A stretch of DNA of 64,000 nt, taken from positions 57,598,001 to 57,662,000 of the forward strand of contig NW_027266308.1 in the NCBI RefSeq assembly GCF_022045235.1. Reading direction: 5' to 3'. Below, piece after piece: positions 1-11,700 of this stretch. A program made the position numbers and the translations under genes. Each line of letters begins with the position of its first letter. Within the stretch, counting starts at the first letter, position 1. A model generated the notes under the pieces. It was given only the letters and a program-made list of their open reading frames with translations, made no database searches and was not told the origin of the DNA. This stretch comes from Haliotis cracherodii (Eukaryota).

Positions 1-1650
1 CGGGTCCGGGACTGGTGATACAAACAACGGGAGTTGATTGTTGAACCGTGTTGCGAACAGGTCGACCATCGGACGACCCAAACGTCCGCACAGCCACTGA
101 AACACTACTGGGTTTAGCATCCACTCTGTGGGGCTCGGATCCTGAGGCCTCGATAGAGCATCGGCCAGTATGTTCCGCACACCTGGGATGTGACGGGCGC
201 GTATCTGGCACTGGACACTGTCCACCAGAGCGTAAAACTCGAACGTGAGATCGAGTAGCGAGTGACTGTGGGTTCCCCCCAGTTTGTTCACATAGGACAC
301 TACCGTCGTGTTGTCGGTCGCCAGCATGAGCCGGGCGCGTATCTGGCACGGGACACTGTCCACCAGAGCGTAAAACTCGAACGTGAGATCGAGTAGCGAG
401 TGACTGTGGGTTCCCCCCAGTTTGTTCACATAGGACACTACCGTCGTGTTGTCGGTCGCCAGCATGAGCCGCATAGAGACTCCTGATAAGACATTGTAAG
501 GGAGCGTCCACCACTCCAGATGCGGTCGGAGCCGATCCGGGAGGGCGACGGTCGCACTGTTCACCTCCGTTGCTAACAACTGGATTAAAAACCGTTGCAG
601 CGGGCGGAGTTGGAGACGACCCCGTTCGGTGCAGTCCTGGGCTGATACAAGTAGCCCTAACAGCTGTTCCCAAAAGTGAACAGTCTGTTGCACCGCTAAG
701 ACTTTGGCAATCATCGCCTGAATTTTGTGCCACCGGTCTGGGGGGACAAATAGGCGATGGGACACCATGTTGAACCGACCTCCGATGAACTGCAAGTTCT
801 GAGAAGGGGTTAACTCGCTCTTGGGGAGATTGACAATCCACCCCAATTGCTCCAAGAGCCGACGCGCGAAAACGAGATGGCGTGACAGGGTGTCCGTCAT
901 TCGATTTGCTACTAGCGAGTCGTCCAGGTACGCGAAGTACCGGACACCCCTCCGGTGGAGGAACCCCACTATGGGGGTGGTTAACCGGGTGAACAGCCAG
1001 GGAGCAGATGAAAGACCGAATGGGAGTACAACCCACTCGTAGTGCCTGCCTTGAAAGACAAACCTGAGATACTTGTGATGATCCGAGTGAATCGGAACAT
1101 GCAGATAAGCATCCTTCAGGTCGATCGAAGCTAGCCAGTCGGCCGGCATGATCAGTGCTTTCAGGTCCGTCAAGCTCAACATTCTGAACTTGGGCGGCTT
1201 GCGCAGGTAGAACTCGTTGAACGATTTCAAGTTGTGAATCATTCTGAGTTCGGCACTGTCCTTCTTGGGAACGAGAAATATCCTGGAGTAAAACCCCGGT
1301 GTTATTTCTGGTAGAGCTAACTCCCGAACTGCCCTCTTCTCCACCAACCTGCCGATGGCATCGGCGAGGAAGGGAAGATTGGTTTCCGAATAGAAACCTG
1401 CCGACGGGGCAACGGTGAGCGGCTGATTCGCTTTGAGATCGAGCCGATAGCCGTACCGAATCGTGTTGACCACCCACGGGTCGTCGAACACTTGTTCCCA
1501 ATTCTCCCAGTAAGTCTGGAGTCTGGCTCCCACTGGGGAAAGAGAGGGGGGCCGGACGGGCTGCGGCAGGCGCAACTGTCCAGGGCCAAGTGACTCGGGT
1601 TCGCCTACGGGCCAACCGAAGTTGGCGCTGTCGGCATACGAACCCCTCCA
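1..1650 (-). pseudogene. DIRS pol: reverse transcriptase, RNase H (internally deleted and partly duplicated), start of the adenine-methyltransferase-like domain
   Basis: Manual translation is open from about 1650 to the window edge: PVGARLQTYWENW...YFAYLDDSL...HLEWW...GVSMR/LMLATDNTTVVSYVNKLGGT...HIPGVRNILADALSR...PMVDLFATRFNNQLP. The TDAS and LE catalytic segments of RNase H are missing. Confidence 0.85.
194..469. repeat. 138-bp in-frame tandem duplication inside the DIRS RNase H region
   Basis: CGGGCGCGTATCTGGCAC starts at 194 and again at 332; the two copies are nearly identical. Confidence 0.95.
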
Positions 1651-1657
1651 ATGAGAG

Positions 1658-3082
1658 TCACCTGGAGGGGCCCTTGCCGTCCTTAGACGACTTGGGCTTC
1701 CCCCAGTTCCCCTTCTTCCCGCGAAAGGGCTGCTGAGAACCCTTACCGGAGCCCTCAGAGCGGGGCTTCTTCCCGGAGGAAGAAGGACCCGACCCCTTAG
1801 GCCTGCCGGACGCAGCATCCTGGGGCGCGCTCCGCTTCGGAGCGGCACCCAGGCGCCTATGCAAGGACCCCACAAGATCCAGTGTGTGCCGAGAGGCCTC
1901 GGCAGCCACAGCGGCCTGTTGTTCCTTCAGAACCCCAGGGATCTTGTTATTAAACAGGGTCCGAGCAGACCAAGGCTGCGAAAGGAGCACCTCCTGATTG
2001 GCAGCGTCCAACCCTGAAGCAACCAGATACGACTGGCGCCGAAGAAAATGGCACGTCCCGGAAACAAAGGCCGAAGCCCCGGCAACGTACTCCAGGGAAG
2101 CATTCAAACCGAGCAAGCAGTTGTAAATGCGCTGGTCTCGGTCCGTAGGAGAACCTTCGACCAGACTGTCCGCTGCAGCCAGGTATGTGTCTCCGTGAGA
2201 CATTGCCAGCATGGAGTGTCGAGCGAGGGTGTCCAGCTGTTGCAAGGTACCTTGTGGTACCGTGGCAACTGGTGGGGCACGGACCCCCAAACGCTCCACA
2301 TGGGCTTCCGCAGAAGGACCAGCCTCGGGAAAGGCAAGGTCATGTACTGGAAAAGACCCTTTTCTCCACGACGGGGGAGGTAACGGGAGACCCCGACCGG
2401 AGGCAGCCGTGAAGGCCTTCTCCAAAGAAGGCTTAATCCCGCGCAGCAAGGTTGATGCCGGGAAAGCCTTGTCGGACGTCTCGTCGTATACCTCGGAGGA
2501 ACCCATGGAACCGTGGATTCCCCGCGGTATCGGCAGGGGCTTTGGCATGTCCTCGAAGAGGTCATACACCATGGCCACGCGGTCCTTAACCGATAGCGGA
2601 AGCAACGGTTCGGGGGAAGGACCGGTAACCACGGCAGCCGCCGCCATACCGGTGGACCCCGCGTCAGAACCCGCAGCCACCGAAGAGGCCGGGGACGGTA
2701 CAGCCAGCGGCCTATCTTGCGATAAGGCCGCCAGCTAGGAGTCCACAAGTTTCGACAACAATGCGGCGACGGAATCCCCAGACAGCCCGAGGGCCGCAAG
2801 GGGATCCGCCGCAGCCGAGGAGGTGGTACCCGCACGGGGACCCCGACCGGACGAACCGGCCACCACAGGGGTGGAGACGGACTGCACGTACAGCCGGTAC
2901 CACACAAACTCCGCAGGCCCCAGACCTTCGCACAGGGTGCACCGGGTGTCCCCGCAAGGAACCCTGCACCGCGGGCAACAATCGTGTGGATCCCGGGACG
3001 ACAAAAACTTTCTGCACACCGCGCAACTCCGAGGAGCAGGGGTAGAGGGGGTGGATACTGGGGACATATCCATGTCAGACAT
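1658..3082 (-). pseudogene. DIRS gag-like ORF1, interrupted by one in-frame TAG at 2735-2737
   Basis: Track ORFs 2735..3187 and 1658..2680 are in the same frame. N-terminal CAVC...DPHDCCPRC...C...CTLC knuckle; basic C-terminus. Likely start is MSDMDMSP at 3082. Confidence 0.8.
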
Positions 3083-3678
3083 TGATTGTTTGCTATAAAC
3101 AAAGAACAAAACATGGTTACAACGCACGCACCACAATGATTCACAAACGAGCATTTTCACAAGAAAATAAACGAGCAATGTGAACATATAACATACACAT
3201 ATAACTTTTATTAAAGAAATAAGTTATGTTAACCCCCAAAACATACAAGAACAGGGGAAACGTAAAACACAATGTGCATACGCGAACCCCGCAAGTATAT
3301 AGAAAAAAGGGCGGGAAAAATTTTCCGTTTGGCGGGAAAATTATAACCAAGCGTAGCTACCGCAACGCCCAATAAAAGCACAGTTTATTAGAGAATAAAC
3401 TATAATAAATATCACCAAATCTTCAAGGAACGCTTCAGCAGGAGAAAACACGTCTTGCTAAGCAGACGAAGGAGACAAGAGTGAAGGGTGTCACATGGCA
3501 GCTAGGTGGCTACGCACGTGCTGCATGAGGTAATTGAGATCTCTGTGGTAGATTTCGCTATAGCAGCAGTTGTGGGAGACAACAGCCTCGGTATAACAGT
3601 GGTAACGTATTACTTAATGTAATTGTCTTACTAAAAGCGATCACAATCATTAGAAACCAATAAATAAAGAATGTTACT

Positions 3679-5070
3679 CTGTGACATTGCTTATCGCATG
3701 AATACTCTGTGACATTGCTTATCGTATGAATACTGTGACATTGCTTATCGTATGAATACTGTGACATTGCTTATCGTATGAATACTGTGACATTGCTTAT
3801 TGTATGAAAACTGTGACATTGCTTATCGAAAGAATACTGTGACATTGCTTATCGTATGAATACTGTGACATTGCTTATCGAAAGAATACTGTGACATTGC
3901 TTATCGTATGAATTCTGTGACATTGCTTATCATATGAATACTGTGACATTGCTTATCGTATGAATTCTGTGACATTGCTTGTCATATGAATACTGTGACA
4001 TTGCTTATCGTATGAATACTGTGACATTGCTTATTGTATGAAAACTGTGACATTGCTTATCGAAAGAATACTGTGACATTGCTTATCGTATGAATACTGT
4101 GACATTGCTTATCATATGAATACTGTGACATTGCTTATCGTATGAATTCTGTGACATTGCTTATCGTATGAATTCTGTGACATTGCTTATTGTATGAATA
4201 CTGTGACATTGCTTATTGTATGAAAACTGTGACATTGCTTATCATATGAAAACTGTGACATTGCTTATCATATGAAAACTGTGACATTGCTTATCATATG
4301 AATTCTGTGACATTGCTTATTGTATGAAAACTGTGACATTGCTTATCGTATGAATACTGTGACATTGCTTATCGTATGAATTCTGTGACATTGCTTATCG
4401 TATGAATACTGTGACATTGCTTATTGTATGAAAACTGTGACATTGCTTATCGAAAGAATACTGTGACATTGCTTATCGTATGAATACTGTGACATTGCTT
4501 ATCGAAAGAATACTGTGACATTGCTTATCGTATGAATTCTGTGACATTGCTTATCATATGAATACTGTGACATTGCTTATCGTATGAATTCTGTGACATT
4601 GCTTGTCATATGAATACTGTGACATTGCTTATCGTATGAATACTGTGACATTGCTTATTGTATGAAAACTGTGACATTGCTTATCGAAAGAATACTGTGA
4701 CATTGCTTATCGTATGAATACTGTGACATTGCTTATCATATGAATACTGTGACATTGCTTATCGTATGAATTCTGTGACATTGCTTATCGTATGAATTCT
4801 GTGACATTGCTTTTTGTATGAAAACTGTGACATTGCTTATCATATGAATACTGTGACATTGCTTATCGTATGAATTCTGTGACATTGCTTATCGTATGAA
4901 TTCTGTGACATTGCTTATCGTATGAATTCTGTGACATTGCTTATTGTATGAAAACTGTGACATTGCTTATCATATGAAAACTGTGACATTGCTTATCGTA
5001 TGAATACTGTGACATTGCTTATTGTATGAAAACTGTGACATTGCTTATCATATGAATACTGTGACATTGC
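3679..5070. repeat. 26-bp minisatellite (CTGTGACATTGCTTATCGTATGAATA), about 53 copies
   Basis: Direct tandem repeats with point variants and no spacers. Confidence 0.97.
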
Positions 5071-5223
5071 ATATTGTGACAATGTACGTGTACATGTATA
5101 TGGAAACAATATGGACCTATTTTTAAAAAATTTTAAATTAAGAATGAAAACATTGAAAACACATTAACCACTTCTTAATGAGACAGACACCTTTGTTGAC
5201 ATAGAGCCCTGTAAGGCAAGTAC

Positions 5224-5343
5224 CTGACAGCTCTGGATGGGAAGTGCATGATCTGCCAGGAACGACACAGGAAGCCGGTGTGATCAATGATTCTCTCGTA
5301 GTCCTTGTCATCCATCGACACCTCGATGTAGTAGGAGTACGAC
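5224..5343 (-). CDS. BTBD9: BTB/POZ domain-containing protein 9, coding exon 6 (gene continues left of the window)
   Basis: SYSYYIEVSMDDKDYERIIDHTGFLCRSWQIMHFPSRAVR; AG/GT boundaries, phase 2/2. Confidence 0.92.
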
Positions 5344-5654
5344 CTGCAACACACAACATGCTCTCAATCAGGTGAGACTTTATTGCGAAAACGGTTTACT
5401 TTTTTGCAAAGCTCAGCTTTCATCACTGATTTTAATGATCCATTCATATAATTTTCACCATTGCCTTTTACACCCAATGGAATCTGTTTCTGATAATCGG
5501 TTATTCTTGTTTTATACATACAGATACCAATATTACCAAAGACTCTGAAAAAAGGTTACCCATGTCAGCTTTGGCCACAGACTATTTCAAGCCACAGTTA
5601 GAAGCACACCAGGTTGATGCCACACAGTGTGAAGCTTGTGACACAGGCACTCAC

Positions 5655-5874
5655 CTCATGTCCTTGTCCCACAGGAGCAGCTTGGCAGTGTTGAGGATGT
5701 AGGCCTGGCCCAGCTTGATGACCACGCCCTGGCCATTATTCTCATCTATGGGGTGGCGTGAGAAACCCCGGTCCAGGTCGTAGTTCTGACTGTCCCCATC
5801 CAACAAGGCTGCCTTCATCTCCCCCCGCAACACTTGACTCCCAAACCTAGTGGTCGCCACATTCTCCTCATGGA
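5655..5874 (-). CDS. BTBD9: BTBD9 coding exon 5
   Basis: HEENVATTRFGSQVLRGEMKAALLDGDSQNYDLDRGFSRHPID...LLWDKDMR; canonical splice sites, phase 1/2. Confidence 0.94.
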
Positions 5875-6080
5875 CTGAAAAAGTTCAAATGTCGGTTACC
5901 ATGGTAACTCTTTAAAACAATCCATCATACACAAAGCCAAAACCAAATCACTAAAACATTAAAACAATGAATGTGATTGCCCATACCCGAATAATACACC
6001 ATGCAAGAATCTGCAGTGCAATCATTATCCACAAAATCATATCCAACTTCCAGATGCCACCCAAAATGCTAACTTCGGTT

Positions 6081-6220
6081 GAGTGAGTGAGTATGGTTTT
6101 ACGCCCCTTTTAGCACTATTCCAGCAATATCATGGCAGGCTTCACACATTGTATCCATATGGGGAATCGAACCTGTGTCTTCGGCATGACAAGCAAATGC
6201 TTTAACCTCAAGACTACCCA
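6081..6220 (-). mobile_element. tRNA-derived SINE, family A (degenerate)
   Basis: A/B-box head, GCTGGAATA..GCTAAAAG..GCGTAAAA tail and (ACTC)n end; matches the copy at 48416. Confidence 0.75.
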
Positions 6221-6257
6221 ACCACCACTAACTTTATTTGAGACCGACTGCACTTAC

Positions 6258-6522
6258 TGAGACAGCCTCTGTACTTGAGTTCCATGTCCCTGGACTCCGT
6301 CTGTGTCTTGATGGCGTCCAGGATGGCATCCGCCGACACGAGACCAGTTGGCCGGACATCGTTGAGTAGTTCCTGCATGGTCATCAGAGAGAACCTGACA
6401 GAGTCCAGGATGGGGGTGGGATCCTGGCCCTGGTTCTGGTCCGCCCAGCTCTTGATGGCCTTGAAGATGTCTATCTCCGGAGCACAGAAGGAATCGGTGC
6501 AGATGAGCTGTTTTACTGACGA
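6258..6522 (-). CDS. BTBD9: BTBD9 coding exon 4 (BACK domain end)
   Basis: SSVKQLICTDSFCAPEIDIF...DAILDAIKTQTESRDMELKYRGCL; phase 0/1. Confidence 0.94.
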
Positions 6523-6556
6523 CTGAAACAAACAATCAAACATGTCTTATGATCTG

Positions 6557-6950
6557 GACACGTGGGGATTCTGGGTAAGAATATATGTCCCCAGCAACCT
6601 ATGCTTGTTGTAAGAGCCAACTTAATGGATCAGGTGGTCAGGCTCAGTGACTTGGTTGAACGCATATTATCCTATGCGAGTTGAGTGGATGGATGCTCAT
6701 GATGTCAATCACTGAATTGTCTGGTCCTGACTTGATTTTTTACAAACCACTGTTATATAGCTGGAATATTGCTGAGTGCGGCACTTAACAGACAATCCAG
6801 TGATTGATATTATGAGCAACTATCCATGCCTTTGGGGTACACTGACATGCCATCAACCAAGTCACTAAGCCTGACCACCCAATCCATTAAGTTGCCTTTA
6901 ACAACCAGCTGCTTAGGTTACTAGGGACTTTTTATCACAGGGAATCCAAA
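6557..6950. mobile_element. Two family-C SINE-like repeats, tail-to-tail
   Basis: GGTGGTCAGGCTC..GACTTGGTTGA..ATAGCTGGAATATTGCTGAGTGCGGC on plus, followed by an inverted partial copy. Confidence 0.65.
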
Positions 6951-7012
6951 TGGGATGCCAAAGAAGAAAGTTGATATAGGTGGGACAAAGGTATTTGAAT
7001 TAAAGAATGAGA

Positions 7013-7259
7013 GAGTGAGTTGGCTTTAACGCCACTTTTAACATTATACCAGTTATATCACGGCGTGTCAGCTTAATGTGGGAGGAAAGCCCGAAGTGAT
7101 GCAGGTCTCAGACGTTTACCATTTCGGTGAAACCCAGGAGCACGGGTATGGTGCTGACAAACCTAGAAACCACAATCATAAATTTCTGGCGTGCCCAAGG
7201 GACGCAACTCTGCACAGCGAATCGCGGCGCCTTAGACGACTGGGCCACCCATGCCCCCT
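7013..7259 (-). mobile_element. tRNA-derived SINE, family B
   Basis: Homologous to the copies at 50697, 57461 and 58760. Confidence 0.8.
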
Positions 7260-7830
7260 CTGAATGAATTGTAGTAATCTAACAATTTCAACAAATGATC
7301 ATGCAATTTTTTTGCAAGAACTAAACTAAAAATCTTTATCAATCTGAGTAAGGATAAAATGCCCTTGTAATGTTAAAACAACGGGGAAGTTGGGAAATTT
7401 AAACGAGGCCACAGGAATTTGTACTAGCTCCGGGCCAGGAGGCTAGTGTTAATTTCTACCAATGTATTGTTTAATATGCAAATGTTTATCCGCATTACAG
7501 TTTTAGAGTGAAGCATGTCAAGACCAAATTGATACGATTGAAACTCACTGGCCTGCATGGCTTGGTTATGGTGCCAAGGATCATAATCAAGGTGGATCTG
7601 AGATTCAAACCCAAGACCTTGCACCGCTAACAGGTCTAAGGGGCATAACTCTGCACATAATTAAGCAGTGCCTTGCACAAATACTGGACCAGCCATGCCC
7701 ACATTATCTGGTGACTCAACACACATTAAGCAAGGCAATGACACATTCACAATGATCATTTTCCATTTCACCGGTTATCTCATCTTCATGTGGTGATATT
7801 TGCTGCAATAACACATCAGCAGATACATAC

Positions 7831-8061
7831 CTGGGATAATGTTAGAAAGGGTTCACTGTGGAGAATATCAGATGCATTTCTATCGATATACTCCTTGCAT
7901 ACTTGACAGAGGGACGCTAGGTTGTACATGTTGGCCAAGTCATAGATGAAGCACACGTTGCGGCTGTTGAGAATCGCCTTTAAATAGTCCGAGATGGCAC
8001 CTTCAAGCTCAACAAATCCAAACCGGTGTGCCAGGCCAAGAATATCTAACAAATTTTCCTC
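7831..8061 (-). CDS. BTBD9: BTBD9 coding exon 3
   Basis: EENLLDILGLAHRFGFVELE...EPFLTLSQ; 231 nt, phase 0/0. Confidence 0.94.
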
Positions 8062-8924
8062 CTGGAAAGAAAGTGAGGAACATAATCAACAATGATCAAA
8101 TGATTCACTTAGCAAACAAATGTGTTTCTCCACACTGAAGAAACTAAATCTGACAAGCATTTGTACTTTTAGAAGGGTAGTAAGTTCTCATGAAACTAAG
8201 TTAGTTTGTTTGTTGTCTAACACTGCACTCAGCAATATTCCAGCAATATGATATCATAAGCATCGATCCACACAATTGGGATACGATGACATGCATCAGC
8301 ACGCCTGACCACCTGATCCCGTTAGTCGCCTGGGTAGCTGAAGACCAATTCTAACCAGGATCTCCAAAAGTTACTGACACAATATTAGCATTTGCCAAAA
8401 ACACTGTCAGCTGAAACAAATTACCATGCTTACCAAACTGTGAATATATGTCCCTACATGTAGGAATTTATCTATGATTCTGAACTAAGTGACCTTGGCA
8501 GTAAAGTTTGGTAAATAACATTATTTTTTTCACAATTGTCATTTTTCTTCAAATATTTATTCCCCAAATTCAGAGGTACGTTAACAATAACATTACATTC
8601 AATGGAATAATGTAGGAGCAAGTATAACATCATCTTCCTCTTTATCAATGTTTATTGGTCCTGTTACCACTGAAATACATGTCACCATGATCAAGTCATC
8701 ACTTTATCATATAACTTTGACAGCAGGAAGAGAGAAAATTGTCAGTTCAACTTTGGGAATATTGGCTGACATTTGCTACAGATTTGGGGCCGAATATTGT
8801 GTCCCTGAGCAAGACTAGAAAAATGCCAGATATGTAACATCTTGTTTTCCAGAAAATTCAGTTGTATGCAGTTCTACAGAATTTATGAACAAACAACTAT
8901 ATACTATAAGCAAATGACAAGGGG

Positions 8925-9078
8925 GGTAAGTATGGTCTATGAAACTTTAGGCGATATTCCCGCAATATCACGGCAGGGAATGCCAGAAATAGGCTTCATA
9001 CATCATACCCATTTAGGGGATCTAACCCAGGTCTTTCTGCGTGACAAGCAAACACTTTGACCATTAGGCTACCACACC
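8925..9078 (-). mobile_element. SINE family A (degenerate)
   Basis: Similar to the 48416 copy across head and tail. Confidence 0.65.
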
Positions 9079-9126
9079 ACACCTATATCTTATGACTCTC
9101 AGTAACAGCTTGTCCAGCTTCTGTAC

Positions 9127-9262
9127 CTTGATTTCGATGAGATTCATGCGTCCTGTGTACATGTACTTGAGCAGTGCTGAAAAGGCTATGTTTGGTGTAT
9201 CCTGCAGCTCTATCTCCGTCGTCCCTGGCTGCGACTCCTTCATCCCACCAAACAACAGTGCT
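9127..9262 (-). CDS. BTBD9: BTBD9 coding exon 2 (BTB domain)
   Basis: ALLFGGMKESQPGTTEIELQD...LLKYMYTGRMNLIEIK; phase 2/0. Confidence 0.94.
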
Positions 9263-9664
9263 CTGATCAAAATAAACATCCTTATTACCCATCAGGCAAA
9301 GAATAGGTCATTTCATTAAAAGGTCAAATACAATCTTTCAACATTCCCTATCACATTCATCCATCATGTTACTCATGTATGCATGGTATGTTTGCCCATG
9401 GAAAAGAATTCCAAACTGGAAACATCACATTATCAGTGAGTTTGCTGGAGACAATTGGCAAAAGGAAATTTTCATGGATTTATCAACATTTGACAAGACA
9501 TTCTTCGATATAATGACAAAGAACCAGTCTAGAAAATAAACTGATCTGAAACTCAGCCATATATCTGACACAAGTGGTAAAAGTATCATCAACAAATAAG
9601 ACTGTCAAACGAATCCACTTAAAACATATGGAATCAGAATTAACTTGATGTACATGGTGTATGC

Positions 9665-9806
9665 CAGTGTTAGAACTAAACTCAAAAGATTCAAAAGATA
9701 AAATGCCCTTGTAATGTTAAAACAATGGGAAAATTTTGAAATTTGTACTATCCCGCAGGAATTTGTACTAGCCCCGAGCTAGCGGGTTAGTGTTCATTTC
9801 TAACCC
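9665..9806. mobile_element. Short non-autonomous DNA-element relic; related copy at about 7315-7460
   Basis: Both share GATAAAATGCCCTTGTAATGTTAAAACAA...CAGGAATTTGTACTAGC; imperfect GTTAGAA/TTCTAAC inverted ends. Confidence 0.5.
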
Positions 9807-10363
9807 ATTATCATGATTATGCTATGTAATCATAATAGTTCTCAAACTATTGACAAAATGTTCTTTAATAAATGATGTTGCAGACTGAGATGTAAGTATT
9901 AGTAAACTGCAACTATTCTTACTAGATGATGTACTTTTACTAGTCCCTCTGAGATGTTTCTCTGGTTAATGCCCAACATTTGACACAGCCACCAATCTGC
10001 TAGCGGAAGAATTGGCTGTTTAAGTACAACTGGACTTATTCCCCATGTTCACTGGGTGATGTTGAAATATACTACACAAAATAGTCATGGGTCATGAATA
10101 TTTTGTGGGAAATTTTTATGAAAGTGTGTGATCACTCTTTACAACAAAATATCTTCCCAAACATCATGAACATATTCATGATCCCTAACTTTTTGGTTCA
10201 GAATACTTAAATTAGACCTCATGCTAAGTTATTCCAACCCATCATTCACAACTGCCAGCAAATGTCACATTCCTGGTCCCAACAATTTCCTGCTACAACT
10301 AGCATTACACCTACAAAAAGATAGCAAACCAACTGAAGACAACAGATTAGCTGCATGGCATAC

Positions 10364-10548
10364 CTGAAGTATTCTGATCGAGCAGCCAGAATGACCTTGT
10401 GAGCATGGAAGCGCACACCTTCAACGAGCAGTGTAATGTCACTGTAGTCTTCATTTTCTACAAGTTCACCAAGGTTGTCAGACAGGTAGCCGACGTGGTC
10501 AACAATTCCTGCAGGAGTTGGTGAACGTAGATGACGATGGTCACACAT
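10364..10548 (-). CDS. BTBD9: BTBD9 coding exon 1 (start codon, BTB domain)
   Basis: MCDHRHLR...DHVGYLSDNLGEL...YSDITLLVEGVRFHAHKVILAARSEYFR; acceptor at 10608, GTATG donor. Confidence 0.93.
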
Positions 10549-11630
10549 TTTGATTTTCCTCTAATATGTCACACTGACCTTACATCATAGCATTGGTAGG
10601 AGTTGATCTGTGGGGAAAAAATGCCATTGTGAGTTTTAAAAGTTATACCACCTGGTTATACACCTGGCATTGCCTTATCGGCAGGGAAGGAAATTTGCAC
10701 AAGCATGTTAGTCCGTACCACTCTTTTTAATGTTATCCTAAGAATGCTAAGGGCTAGAAGAATTTCAAACATTTTGGGGGGTACAGACATGATTGCTATA
10801 TGTTATCAGTAAATGGGCAGGTAGACATTTTTGGTTAAGTTCCATCCCTGATTAGAGAGTATCCCTCCTATCTCTATTCACACCTGTATCAAAATACACT
10901 TATTCTAGCTCCCTTTTATTAATTTGTTTCCTCCTCTGCTTGACAGTGGACATACTTATCCAGCGTCTACTTTGCCTATGTACAAATGACACAAATCTAT
11001 TTTCAAATTTAATACTAATTTCTATATGTTGAATTTTCATAGGTTTATATTCTCAGAAGCTCTGCGAGTGACGTTAAATGTTGATTCACACTATAGCTAT
11101 ATCACCAGATCTCTAAAACACTACAAGCCCTATACCACCCGACCCCTAGAACTCTTTCAGGACTGCAGACTGTATCTTCATAAGTTAATCATAACCACAA
11201 TCAGTCTAAACATACACACATCTTCTTTGATAGATCTAGTGAAGAAAAAAATGGGGCTTCATTATTTGGCCTAATTTTATATTTGTTAATGTTGAACTGC
11301 TGGAAAAACATTTTAGCGCAACAAAACAATTAATACAAAAGATTTATTTGATAAGTCATTGAAAAATCAAGTGCGATAACAAGTACACTTTGTAATTACC
11401 TACACCAAGTACATAGTGTTACCTAAACTGTCCATTCAGCAACAGAAACATGCAAGTTGACAATCTCTTCCTAATTTCTCACGAGTGAAACTACCATATT
11501 TTTACAAACTGTAGTGTATCAACACGCATATCTACCACCCGGATGTCATGTTAAAGCGTATGCCAGTACAATCACCATGGGAACATTAATAGAGTTGTAT
11601 GCAGTGATTATCGTGATGCTCTTCTCTTAC

Positions 11631-11700
11631 CGAAAGCCGATCAAAACAACGGCCATGTTGCTTTTAGCCTTATCACATATGACGTAATTGCTACTTCGGA
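11631..11700 (-). promoter_or_regulatory. Probable BTBD9 first (5' UTR) exon and core promoter
   Basis: G|GTAAG donor at 11630, YY1-like AACATGGCC, CRE-like TGACGTAA near 11680, local CpG enrichment. Confidence 0.5.

Larger units (their letters stand above)
1..3670 (-). mobile_element. DIRS1-like (tyrosine recombinase) retrotransposon, 5' portion; runs off the left edge; lies in a BTBD9 intron in the same orientation
   Basis: GC-rich block carrying a Cys/His-knuckle gag followed by pol with the motifs PVGARL, GFYSRIFLVPKK, IDLKDAY, LPFGLSSAP, YLDD, TDNTT, HIPG-x-x-N-x-x-ADALSR and DLFAT. The 5' boundary is placed where the minisatellite begins and is approximate. Confidence 0.92.

Noticed and set aside
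2104-3144. 346-aa ORF overlapping DIRS gag
   Set aside because: Alternate frame of GC-rich gag sequence with no recognisable motifs; stops separate it from pol.
3679-5070. CRISPR-like array
   Set aside because: Units are contiguous with no unique spacers, the context is a eukaryotic intron, and there are no cas genes.
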